Positions 1 to 17,403 of a DNA stretch of 24,000 nt are shown piece by piece. The notes below the pieces were generated by a model. The model was not told the origin of the DNA. It made no database searches and worked only from the letters and a program-made list of their open reading frames with translations. The DNA is from Pseudoduganella violaceinigra DSM 15887. GTDB lineage: Bacteria > Pseudomonadota > Gammaproteobacteria > Burkholderiales > Burkholderiaceae_D. The translations under genes were made by a program, and so were the position numbers. Every line of letters starts with the position of its first letter. Position 1 is the stretch's first letter. The stretch lies in the NCBI RefSeq assembly GCF_000425385.1, contig NZ_AUDI01000001.1:582331-606330 (forward strand), read 5' to 3'.

Positions 1-771
1 GCCAATGCAAACGGCTTGCTGGGAATCGCACGCGCACGCGAGGCTGGTTTCGACCTGTGCCACTTCAACCTCCACAAAACCTTTGCCACGCCCCACGCTT
101 GCGGAGGCCCGGCCGTTGGCGCAGTTTGCTGCACCGAGGCGCTTGCCCCCTTCCTGCCAGGACCCACGGTTCGCCACATGGATGGCCGCTACCAGCTGGT
201 GAATGGCGGAGATCAATCCATCGGAAAAATCAGCAGCTTCACCGGCACCGCCCCGATCATGCTGCGTGCTTATGCCTGGATCATGAACCTGGGCGCCGAA
301 GGCCTGCGCACCGTGTCGGAAATCGCGGTCCTGAACAACAACTACATGATGCACGAGCTCCTGAAGATCGACGGTCTGACCGCCCCTTATGCAGCGGGCA
401 AGCGCCGCATCGAGCAGGTGCGCTACAGCTGGTCCGGGCTGACCGCGGCGACCGGCGTCACGTCGGAGGAAATCGGCCTGCGCGCGGCCGACTTCGGCGT
501 GCATTACTGGACCAGCCACCATCCATATGTGGTGCCCGAACCGGCTACGATCGAGCCGACCGAATCCTATTCGCGCGCCGACCTGGACGAGTTCATCGGC
601 GTCATGCGCCATATTGCAGGGGAAGCACGCAGCAATCCCGATGTCGTGAAAAACGCACCGCACAACTGCCCGGTGCATCGCATCCAGGGCGAAACGCTGG
701 ACGATCCTGAACGCTGGGCGATCACCTGGCGCGCCTATCTGCGCAAATTGGGCGAACGCGGACGGGCATGA
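1..771 (+). CDS. PLP-dependent glycine dehydrogenase (decarboxylating) subunit 2-like protein (GcvPB-like), C-terminal 256 aa; 5' end lies outside the window
   Basis: Frame +1 is open from base 1, the same frame as listed ORF 16..771. It carries the P-protein PLP-lysine motif HFNLHKTF, followed by PHACGGPAVGAV; canonical GcvPB, from memory, reads PHGGGGPG.GP. The tail is GcvPB-like (KNAPHN...). Third codon positions are GC-rich. Stop TGA 769-771 overlaps the next start (ATGA). Confidence 0.8.
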   Translation, partial: ANANGLLGIARAREAGFDLCHFNLHKTFATPHACGGPAVGAVCCTEALAPFLPGPTVRHMDGRYQLVNGGDQSIGKISSFTGTAPIMLRAYAWIMNLGAEGLRTVSEIAVLNNNYMMHELLKIDGLTAPYAAGKRRIEQVRYSWSGLTAATGVTSEEIGLRAADFGVHYWTSHHPYVVPEPATIEPTESYSRADLDEFIGVMRHIAGEARSNPDVVKNAPHNCPVHRIQGETLDDPERWAITWRAYLRKLGERGRA

Positions 772-1901
772 AGATCGGCCTGGTGGTCAACCCATGGGCA
801 GGCATCGGCGGCCCAGCCGGGCTCAAAGGCTCGGATGGAATCGACTGCGTCCAGGCCGCGCTTGACGCAGGAAGCCTGCCGCAGGTGTCCTCGCGCCTGG
901 CCACCATGTTCGACGCCTGCGGCGACGCGGCACAAACTGCGAGCTGGTACGCCGCCGACGGCGCGATGGGGCTGGCAGCCTTGCATGCAGCGGGCGTCAA
1001 GTCTTGTGCGGCGGTTCCCGTACGATCCCCTTCCCGGGCGGAAGACACTCGGCGTGCCGCTTGCATGTTGGCCGGCATGGGAATCGACCTGTTGCTGTTC
1101 GCCGGCGGCGACGGGACGGCGCGCGATGTCCTGGACGGGCTACGCGATGCCGGGGCAATCGGCAGCCTGCCGGTGCTCGGCCTTCCCGCCGGCGTCAAGA
1201 TGCAGTCCGGGGTCTTTGCCAACCATCCGACGGCGGCCGGTCTGCTGCTGCGCCAATTGTTGCAGAACGGCCTGGCCGCATGCAGCGACGCCGAAGTCAT
1301 GGACCTGGACGAAGATGCGCTGCGGCGCGGCCTGATCCTTCCGCGTCTTTACGGCTACTTGCAGCTTCCGCGATCGCCGTCGCTGACGCAAGGCGGAAAA
1401 TCGCGCCGCGCCAACGGAAGCAGCTTCCAGCGCCAGGCCATCGCACGCAGCTTTGCCGAAGGAATGGAGGAGCGCTCGCTATACCTCGTCGGGCCAGGTT
1501 CCACCACCCTGGCCTTGCTTGAACTGTTTGGCGCCGAAGGCAGCCTGCTCGGCGTGGACGCTTTACTGGGCGATGGAACACTGCTGGCGCGCGACGCCAC
1601 GCGGCTTGAACTGGAAGACCTGGCGGCCAGCCGGCAAGTGCCGCTGCACCTCGTGCTGTCGCCAGTCGGCGGCCAAGGCATGGTGCTGGGGCGCGGCAAC
1701 CAGCAGATCTCTTCGCGCCTGCTGCGGGCGGCCGGCCGCCGCGGCCTGCATGTGCTGGCACCGCGCGAGAAACTCATGTCGCTGCATGGCGGCGTGCTGC
1801 GCATCGACAGCGGCGATGCCGATCTGGATGCGGAATTCAACGGGTACCTGCCCGTTACGACTGGGTACCGGGAACAGACGATGTGGCCTGTCTCGGCATA
1901 G
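768..1901 (+). CDS. ATP-NAD kinase family protein (COG3199 / AcoX-like, NAD-kinase/diacylglycerol-kinase fold)
   Basis: 377 aa. The N-terminus MKIGLVVNPWAGIGGPAGLKGSDG is typical of the AcoX/COG3199 family. It has the GGDGT motif (LLLFAGGDGTARDVL). ATG 768 overlaps the upstream stop, so the two genes look translationally coupled. Confidence 0.8.
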   Translation: MKIGLVVNPWAGIGGPAGLKGSDGIDCVQAALDAGSLPQVSSRLATMFDACGDAAQTASWYAADGAMGLAALHAAGVKSCAAVPVRSPSRAEDTRRAACMLAGMGIDLLLFAGGDGTARDVLDGLRDAGAIGSLPVLGLPAGVKMQSGVFANHPTAAGLLLRQLLQNGLAACSDAEVMDLDEDALRRGLILPRLYGYLQLPRSPSLTQGGKSRRANGSSFQRQAIARSFAEGMEERSLYLVGPGSTTLALLELFGAEGSLLGVDALLGDGTLLARDATRLELEDLAASRQVPLHLVLSPVGGQGMVLGRGNQQISSRLLRAAGRRGLHVLAPREKLMSLHGGVLRIDSGDADLDAEFNGYLPVTTGYREQTMWPVSA

Positions 1902-1935
1902 CGGCAATCAAAATCAAAAACTTGAGGAGAACAAG

Positions 1936-11679
<9,744 letters not shown>

Positions 11680-12459
11680 TTATGCCGATCCAGCCAGGCC
11701 ACCGCCGTCCACCACCAGCGCATCTCCGGTGACGAAGGAAGAACGATCCGATGCGAGGAACAGCACGGCCTGCGCAATTTCCGGCGGTTTACCAACGCGC
11801 ATCAGGGGCCGGCTGGCGCCGGCCGCAACCAGGGCATTCTGCTCAAGCCCCAACTGCTGCGCTTCATTGCGCAGCATGGGGGTATCGGTATCCCCGGGGC
11901 AGACGCAATTGACGCGGATATTCTGCGGCCCATGATCCACCGCCATGGCCTTGGTCATGATCACCACCGCCCCCTTGGAAGCGCAATAGGAAATGGCATC
12001 CTTCCCGCCCACCAGCCCCCAGCCCGATGCCGTGTTGATGATGCTTCCGCCGCCCTGCTCCTGCATCACCGGCACGGCGTATTTGCACATCAGGAAAATC
12101 GACTTGACGTTGACCGCCATGACCTGGTCCCATTCCTGTTCGGTGGTGTGGATCACATTGGCCCGCCGCGTGATGCCCGCATTGTTGAACAGGACATCCA
12201 GGCGGCCGTAGCGCGACACGGCAGCATGCACCGCGGCTTGGCAATCGGCGGCAACAGCGACATCGGTGCGGATGAAGGAAGCGCGTGCGCCGGCTGCCGT
12301 CAGGGCGGCCACCGCCATTTCGGCGGCCGCGCCATCGCGGTCGGCGATCAGCACGGTCGCGCCTTCGCGCGCAAACAGTTCCGCCGTGGCGCGCCCAATG
12401 CCGGAAGCCCCTCCTGTAATCAACGCCACCTTGCCCGCCAGTTCGCCTTGCTGTTGCAT
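11680..12459 (-). CDS. SDR family NAD(P)-dependent oxidoreductase
   Basis: The listed ORF is trimmed to ATG 12459, preceded by SD GGAGA (12470-12466) at 6-nt spacing. Rossmann motif TGGASGIGRA, NNAG, and catalytic YCASK. 259 aa. It is the first gene of the ebg operon. Confidence 0.88.
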   Translation of the reverse strand: MQQQGELAGKVALITGGASGIGRATAELFAREGATVLIADRDGAAAEMAVAALTAAGARASFIRTDVAVAADCQAAVHAAVSRYGRLDVLFNNAGITRRANVIHTTEQEWDQVMAVNVKSIFLMCKYAVPVMQEQGGGSIINTASGWGLVGGKDAISYCASKGAVVIMTKAMAVDHGPQNIRVNCVCPGDTDTPMLRNEAQQLGLEQNALVAAGASRPLMRVGKPPEIAQAVLFLASDRSSFVTGDALVVDGGGLAGSA

Positions 12460-12644
12460 GTGCTGTCTCCGTATTAGGGGTGATGATCCATCTTGCCGCG
12501 ATTCCGGCGGTATTGACAAATGAATACTTCAAACGCCATGCATAAGGCCAGCTAATGGATACCGCAGAGCGGCTTCACAAGGAACGCATCAGGCTTTCAC
12601 AGTCGGCCGATACATTAGTTTCTCCACACACCCGGGAGAACAGC

Positions 12645-12932
12645 ATGGCAATTCCGCGCCAATTGGCAGTTGTCGGCATCGCGGCCGTCTCGATCATTTC
12701 GATTCCGTTCATCGCTTCGCAATGGAGCGATGCAATGCAGTGGGAGCCATCCGACTTTCTGGCTGCCGGCACACTGCTGGCGGGCGTCGGCGCGTCCTAC
12801 GTACTGCTGGCGAGCTATATGGACAATGCGGTGCAGAAGGCTGTGCTGGCGGCCGTGCTGGCGGTCGGCCTGCTCTCGGTGTGGATGGAACTTGCTGCCG
12901 GCGTATTCGGAGTGCCTTTCGCTGGCAACTGA
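12645..12932 (+). CDS. Small hypothetical membrane protein (about 3 predicted TM segments)
   Basis: ATG 12645 follows SD GGGAGA (12634-12639) at 5-nt spacing. 95 aa with hydrophobic stretches LAVVGIAAVSIISIPFI, LAAGTLLAGVGASYVLLA and AVLAAVLAVGLLSVWMELAAGVF. I recognise no family. Confidence 0.5.
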   Translation: MAIPRQLAVVGIAAVSIISIPFIASQWSDAMQWEPSDFLAAGTLLAGVGASYVLLASYMDNAVQKAVLAAVLAVGLLSVWMELAAGVFGVPFAGN

Positions 12933-12960
12933 GAATTGTGCAGATTTCGATGCCGCGCGA

Positions 12961-15264
12961 TTAAAACAGCGCCTGCTGCGCCGTAGTCAATGCGGCGAAA
13001 CTGTCATGCAGCGGAAGCAGGATGGCGTCGGCGATCGGCTGCAGCTGCTTGTCGAGGTAATGCTGGTAGTCGATAGGCGAGCGCTGGTTTTCCAGCGGTT
13101 CCGGCCCGCCGGTGGTGATCACATAGCTGATCCGGCCGCCGTTCTGATAGCGCAGCGGACGTCCCTGTGCCTTGTTGAATTCATCGGCAAGCCGGGCGGC
13201 GCGCACCTGCGGCGGCACGTTGACCTGGTATTCGTCCAGCCGGTGGCGCAGGCGTTTGCGGTACACCAGCAAATCATCGTGTTCGCCCGACAGCGTCTTG
13301 CGCACATAGTCGCGCACATAGTCCTGGTAAGGCTCTTCGTTGAAAATGCGCGTGAACAGTGCCTGCTGGAATTGCTGCGCAAGCAAAGTCCAGTCGCTGC
13401 GCGCCGTTTCCAGCCCGCGATAGATCATCTCGCCGTCGCTGGTCAGTCCCGCGTAGCGCTTTTTGCTGCCCATATCCGTGCCGCGGATGGTCGGCATGAA
13501 GAATTTTTTGTAATAGGTATCGAACTCGATTTCGAGGAAGCTCTCCAGCTTGTATTTCCTGCGCAGGCGATCGGTCCACCACTTGTTGATCTTGGCGACC
13601 AGGTCGCGCGCGATGCCAAGAGCTTCCTCGGTTTCGTGGGGGCGCTTGAGCCAGATGAAGATCGAATCGGTATCGCCGTAGATTGCTTCGTAGCCCTCCT
13701 TTTCCACCAGCTCGCGCGTAAGCTTGAGCAGTTCATGGCCGCGCAGCGTGACCGAGGAAATCAGCTGCGGATGGTAGAAGCGGCAATCGGTGGAACCGAG
13801 CACGCCGACGAAGGAGTTCATCAGCAGCTTCAGCGCGGTCGACAATGCATCGTTCTTTTCACGCTTGGCGGCGTCGCGGCCTTGCCAGAGCTGCGTGGTA
13901 ATCGCGGGCAGGCAGTGGCGCGTACGGGAAAACTGGGCGCCCCGCATGCCCGGCACCGGATCCTCCTCCACTGCCCCCTCTACCATGCCGACCGGGTCGA
14001 CCAGGAAGGAGCGGATGATCGAAGGGTACAGGCTCTTGAAGTCCAGGACCACCACCGAGTCGTACAAGCCGGGCTGCGAATCCATCACGAAGCCGCCCGG
14101 CGACGCCACGGCGGGAATGTCGCCCACGTTCGGCGCCACATAGCCTTCGCGGTGCATGCGCGGCAGGTACTGGTGGCTGAAGGCGGCGATCGAGCCGCCC
14201 ATGTGGTCGGGCACCAGGCCCGTCACGTGGGAGCGCTCCAGGATGAAGTCCATCACCCGCGTCTTGTCGAAGATGCGCGTCACCAGCTCGCAGTCCTTCA
14301 GGTTGTAGGTCGCCAGGGCCGGCTTGTCTTCGCGGAAGCGGCGCTCGATTTCAGCCATCTTGTCGTAGTCGCTGCCGATGTCCTTGCCCTCGCCCAGCAA
14401 GGCTTGCGACACGCTCTCCAAGCTGAAGGACGGGAAGCTCCACGAGGCGGCCCGCAGCGCTTCGATGCCGTCGATGGCGATGCGGCCCGGAATGGATGCG
14501 AATACGTAGCCGTCGCGCGCCTGGTGGGTGCGCCACTCGACCGGCCGACCGTCGCGCCCCAGCAACAGCGGCACTTTGTACTTTTCGGCGTTGCGCTGCA
14601 GGGTTTGCAGGTCGAACTGCACCACGCTCCAGCCGATGATGGCGTCCGGATCATGCCGGTGGAACCACTCGTTCAGCTTTTCGATCACCCGGCGCGGCGT
14701 CGGGCAGTATTCCAGGTCGAAGTCCACCTCCGGCGCCACAGCTGGCGTTTCGCCTAGCATATACACCTGGCGCTGGCCGCAGCCTTCCAGCGCGATCGAG
14801 TACAGGTCGCCGAAGGCGCTGGTTTCAATATCAAGCGACACCATGCGCAAGCGCGGCCGGTATTCCGGCGCAGGGCGCAGTTTGCCGCCCTCGAATTCCA
14901 CGCCGGCCGTGATGAAGCGCTCCATCAGGTAGCGCTCCGGCGGCTTGATGTCCGCCTCGTACAGGCGGATTCCCCGTTCGCCCAGCTTGCGTTCCAGCGC
15001 CAGCAGCTGCTTGTAGTGGCTGGCGTAAATGCCCACCACCGGCTCGCGCTGGAAAGTCCGCAGCGCCACCTCGCGCACGTCGATACCCGGGGTGCCCGCT
15101 ACCAGGGTGGCGATGGTGTCGCGCAGCGAGGCCTCGGCGAAGGCCACCGAAGCCTGTGCTGTCAGGAGGATTTTGCGCGGGCCGTCGTCGGTGGCGAGCC
15201 AGAACTCGATTTCGGTGCCGTCGCGGGCATCGCGCCAGGCGCGGGTGAGGATAAATCCAGGCAT
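12961..15264 (-). CDS. polB: DNA polymerase II (family B, SOS-inducible)
   Basis: Trimmed to ATG 15264. MPGFILTRAWRDARDGTEIEFWLATDDGP parallels E. coli Pol II (..AGFILTRHWRD..FWLATDNGP). Exo motif SLDIETS, motif A DFKSLYPSII, motif B KLLMNSFVGVLG, motif C YGDTDS. 767 aa. Confidence 0.93.
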   Translation of the reverse strand: MPGFILTRAWRDARDGTEIEFWLATDDGPRKILLTAQASVAFAEASLRDTIATLVAGTPGIDVREVALRTFQREPVVGIYASHYKQLLALERKLGERGIRLYEADIKPPERYLMERFITAGVEFEGGKLRPAPEYRPRLRMVSLDIETSAFGDLYSIALEGCGQRQVYMLGETPAVAPEVDFDLEYCPTPRRVIEKLNEWFHRHDPDAIIGWSVVQFDLQTLQRNAEKYKVPLLLGRDGRPVEWRTHQARDGYVFASIPGRIAIDGIEALRAASWSFPSFSLESVSQALLGEGKDIGSDYDKMAEIERRFREDKPALATYNLKDCELVTRIFDKTRVMDFILERSHVTGLVPDHMGGSIAAFSHQYLPRMHREGYVAPNVGDIPAVASPGGFVMDSQPGLYDSVVVLDFKSLYPSIIRSFLVDPVGMVEGAVEEDPVPGMRGAQFSRTRHCLPAITTQLWQGRDAAKREKNDALSTALKLLMNSFVGVLGSTDCRFYHPQLISSVTLRGHELLKLTRELVEKEGYEAIYGDTDSIFIWLKRPHETEEALGIARDLVAKINKWWTDRLRRKYKLESFLEIEFDTYYKKFFMPTIRGTDMGSKKRYAGLTSDGEMIYRGLETARSDWTLLAQQFQQALFTRIFNEEPYQDYVRDYVRKTLSGEHDDLLVYRKRLRHRLDEYQVNVPPQVRAARLADEFNKAQGRPLRYQNGGRISYVITTGGPEPLENQRSPIDYQHYLDKQLQPIADAILLPLHDSFAALTTAQQALF

Positions 15265-15274
15265 GACGAAATTA

Positions 15275-15294
15275 TACTGTACGAACACACAGTA
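15275..15294 (-). promoter_or_regulatory. LexA (SOS) box upstream of polB
   Basis: TACTGTACGAACACACAGTA has perfect TACTGT/ACAGTA arms and fits CTGT-N8-ACAG exactly. It lies 11-30 nt upstream of the polB ATG. polB (dinA) is a known SOS-regulon gene in E. coli. Confidence 0.7.
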
Positions 15295-15297
15295 TAT

Positions 15298-15326
15298 TTG
15301 CAATAGCAAAACTAGCTTGATAAAAT
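15298..15326 (+). promoter_or_regulatory. Sigma70-type promoter for the small OMP gene (TTGCAA-17 nt-TAAAAT)
   Basis: -35 TTGCAA 15298-15303, a 17-nt spacer, and -10 TAAAAT 15321-15326. The region is AT-rich and about 55 nt upstream of ATG 15382. Confidence 0.5.
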
Positions 15327-15381
15327 GAAATGTTGCCGAGGGCTAATGCCAGGTAATCTTAACAAGGAAATAGGGAAATTT

Positions 15382-15870
15382 ATGATCAAGCAAATCACCG
15401 CTGCAGCCCTGCTGGCAGCAACTTCTTTCGCTGCTTCCGCAGCTGAACCACGTTTCTACGTCGGCGCCGACATCGACACCACCAAGTCCCACTTCATCGA
15501 AGACCTGGACCGCGAAACCGGTTACGGCGCATTCGCCGGCTTCAAGATTAACGATAAATTCGATGTTGAAGTAGGCTATCGCCAGGTCGGCAAATTCAAC
15601 GTTTTTCAAAAGAACGACCTGAAAGTTAACCAGCTCGCCGTTTCCGTCCTGGGCTATGCGCCTGTGGCAGAGAAAACCGCTGTATTTGGCCGCCTGGGCT
15701 ACAACCGCCTGGAATTCAAAGGCAATGCCGGCTCCGAAAACAAAAACCGTGCTTTGGTCGGCATTGGCCTGAGCTACGAATTCATCAAGCAAATCACTGG
15801 CCGCGTTGAAATTCAGCGTACCGGATTCAGCTCGACCACCGTCAACGCAGGCGTCGCGTACAACTTCTAA
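15382..15870 (+). CDS. Small outer-membrane beta-barrel protein (OmpA-beta-barrel/OmpW-like, 8-strand type)
   Basis: ATG 15382 follows AGGGA (15372-15376). Signal peptide MIKQITAAALLAATSFAASA. Alternating amphipathic strands (YVGADI, GYGAFAGFKI, FDVEVGYRQ, LAVSVLGYAP, VGIGLSYEF). C-terminal ...GVAYNF. 162 aa. Confidence 0.8.
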   Translation: MIKQITAAALLAATSFAASAAEPRFYVGADIDTTKSHFIEDLDRETGYGAFAGFKINDKFDVEVGYRQVGKFNVFQKNDLKVNQLAVSVLGYAPVAEKTAVFGRLGYNRLEFKGNAGSENKNRALVGIGLSYEFIKQITGRVEIQRTGFSSTTVNAGVAYNF

Positions 15871-15885
15871 GTGACGGCACTGCCC

Positions 15886-15920
15886 AAAAAGCCGCCGGAC
15901 CTGGTCCGGCGGCTTTTTTT
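15886..15920. terminator. Bidirectional rho-independent terminator between convergent OMP and S41 peptidase genes
   Basis: AAAAA-GCCGCCGGAC-ctg-GTCCGGCGGC-TTTTTTT has a perfect 10-bp GC-rich stem flanked by an A-run and a T-run. The T-run reaches the S41 stop codon (15919-15921). Confidence 0.85.
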
Positions 15921-17259
15921 ATTTCGGCTGCAGCGTCGCCAGGGCCGCTTCCAACACCTCATCGCGTCCGGCGCGCACACCTTCCACCGTCTGCTTGACC
16001 AGATGCTGCGGCTGCACCCCGATACCGACGAAGGGGCGTCCGTCCGGATAGGTATCCTGCTTGGTGCAGATGCGCGCCTGGCCACCGCCCGGCAGTTTGA
16101 TGAACAGCGGCTGGCCCGTGCTGCCGCCGGTGGCTTCCCCCACCAGCGTGCCGCGCTGCATGCCGTCGAAAGCGACGGCAAAGTCTTCAGCCGCCGAGAA
16201 GGTGGCCGCGCTGGTCAGCACCAGCACATTCTTCTTGTACTGGTGCGTCGGGTCGGGCTGCACGGCGTCCGGCGCCTCGGCATACATCGGCTGCTCCTTG
16301 CCCCAGGCGCGCCATGTCGGCTTGTAGTCGCGCGTGGCCCAGCGGCTGGTAAGGAAAGCCTTATCGTCCAGCGTCGCCAGGATCTTATAGCCCACATCCG
16401 AATTGCCGCCGCCATTGCGGCGCACATCGATCACCAGGGCGGAAGATTTGGCGATCTCGTCGAAGGCCGCCATCCATGCCTCTGCGGCGCTGTTGTCGTC
16501 GAAACTATTGAGGGAAACATAGGCTACGTCGCCTGGCAGCATGCTGAATTCGAACGAGGGCGTACCGGTTGCCGCCGCCTTGCGCGCTTCACGGCTGACA
16601 CGCGGCACCACCTGGTCGAACTGCTTGCCGGCGGCGCTGCGGAAGGTAAGGCGTGAAGCACTGCCCACAGCGCCACGCAGGAACTGGCTGCCGAACATGG
16701 CCAGCTCCTGGTCCTGCGGTGTGGAGGCGCTCACATACGGCGCCAGCTCGCGCGCTGCGTAAGTCCTTACTTCAACGCCATCGACCTCAATCACTTCCAG
16801 GCCCGGCATGATGCCTTTGGCGCGCAGACCAGGATCCAGCACTTCGGTCACGATCACGCGCCCCTCGACCGGCATGGTCTTCAGCAGCGGCATGCCGCCC
16901 ATGCGGTCGGACAGTTCCTGCGGCGGATAAACATTGGTGTGGCCGTCTTTCAGCTTGCCCACCATCTCGGTCAGAATACGGTAATAGTCTTCCGTGCTGC
17001 GCGTGGCGCGCACGCGCGGCAGGGTGTCGAGGTAAAGCTTGTCCCAATCCAGCTTTTCCAGCGTCGCGGTATCGACGAAGTTGTATTTCACTTCCGACCA
17101 CAATTTCGAGAGGCCGGCGATCTTCTCGTCCTCGCTGATGTTTTCTTTATAAGACCCGGCGAGGGCCGAGGTCTCCCACTGCATGGCAGGCTGCTGCTGC
17201 GCCAGTGCGCCGCTGGCCGCAAGGGCCAGAACCAGCGCCGCTACATGGCTTTTTGCCAT
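15919..17259 (-). CDS. Secreted S41 family serine peptidase (PDZ-containing, tail-specific-protease-like)
   Basis: 446 aa. SD AGGAG (17269-17265) sits 5 nt before ATG 17259. Signal peptide MAKSHVAALVLALAASGALA. S41 hallmarks VIDVRRNGGGNS and LTSAATFSAAEDF. Confidence 0.85.
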   Translation of the reverse strand: MAKSHVAALVLALAASGALAQQQPAMQWETSALAGSYKENISEDEKIAGLSKLWSEVKYNFVDTATLEKLDWDKLYLDTLPRVRATRSTEDYYRILTEMVGKLKDGHTNVYPPQELSDRMGGMPLLKTMPVEGRVIVTEVLDPGLRAKGIMPGLEVIEVDGVEVRTYAARELAPYVSASTPQDQELAMFGSQFLRGAVGSASRLTFRSAAGKQFDQVVPRVSREARKAAATGTPSFEFSMLPGDVAYVSLNSFDDNSAAEAWMAAFDEIAKSSALVIDVRRNGGGNSDVGYKILATLDDKAFLTSRWATRDYKPTWRAWGKEQPMYAEAPDAVQPDPTHQYKKNVLVLTSAATFSAAEDFAVAFDGMQRGTLVGEATGGSTGQPLFIKLPGGGQARICTKQDTYPDGRPFVGIGVQPQHLVKQTVEGVRAGRDEVLEAALATLQPK

Positions 17260-17357
17260 TTTGTCTCCTGTATTTGCTGAATGCCCGACATTCTAGAGGT
17301 CCGGAGGCTGGGACGCTACTCTGTTACAAGCCAGGTGTTTTTCGCAGGGGGAGCGGC

Positions 17358-17366
17358 TGTTAGAAT
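17358..17366 (+). promoter_or_regulatory. Candidate extended -10 promoter element (TGTTAGAAT) for the S9 peptidase gene
   Basis: TGnTAGAAT matches the extended -10 consensus TGnTATAAT at 8 of 9 positions, about 38 nt upstream of ATG 17404. There is no good -35. If real, it argues against the alternative ATG at 17365. Confidence 0.3.
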
Positions 17367-17403
17367 GCTTCCTCGAAAATTCTTTTCATTCCCCTTTCGA
17401 TCC

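Noticed and set aside
1453-1935. 161-aa N-terminal extension of the TonB receptor ORF, overlapping the NAD-kinase-like gene
   Set aside because: The extension is out of frame with a well-supported gene and is Cys/Trp/Arg-rich nonsense. The internal ATG 1936 has a strong SD (GAGGAG) and is followed directly by a signal peptide.
12460-12644. 185-nt intergenic region upstream of the SDR-ebg operon, searched for a LacI/EbgR-type operator, a riboswitch or a clear promoter
   Set aside because: I found only weak sigma70-like hexamers (for example TTGACA at 12514-12519 with no matching -10 at 16-18 nt) and no convincing palindrome or conserved RNA structure. Nothing here is supportable without transcription start data.
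12670-14757. 695-aa ORF on the + strand antisense to polB. Similar long ORFs: 20430..21854 +, 21617..22726 +, 18124..19323 -, 8764..9762 +, 7057..8190 +, 4458..5453 -, 6749..7987 -.
   Set aside because: These are shadow ORFs typical of GC-rich DNA. They lie entirely inside genes with clear family identity on the other strand or in another frame. Their translations are low-complexity and rich in Arg, Ala, Gly, Pro and His, with no recognisable motifs. They lack the codon-position GC pattern of the real genes.
15265-15309. Upstream TTG start giving polB an extra MLLQIYCVFVQYNFV N-terminus. Similar 5' extensions exist on the OMP (15325), S9 peptidase (17281), SDR (12519), thioesterase (20293), M20 (21530) and small membrane protein (12555) ORFs.
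   Set aside because: The extensions translate promoter or operator DNA or the 3' ends of upstream genes. Internal ATGs align with homologue N-termini or signal peptides and have better SD sequences.
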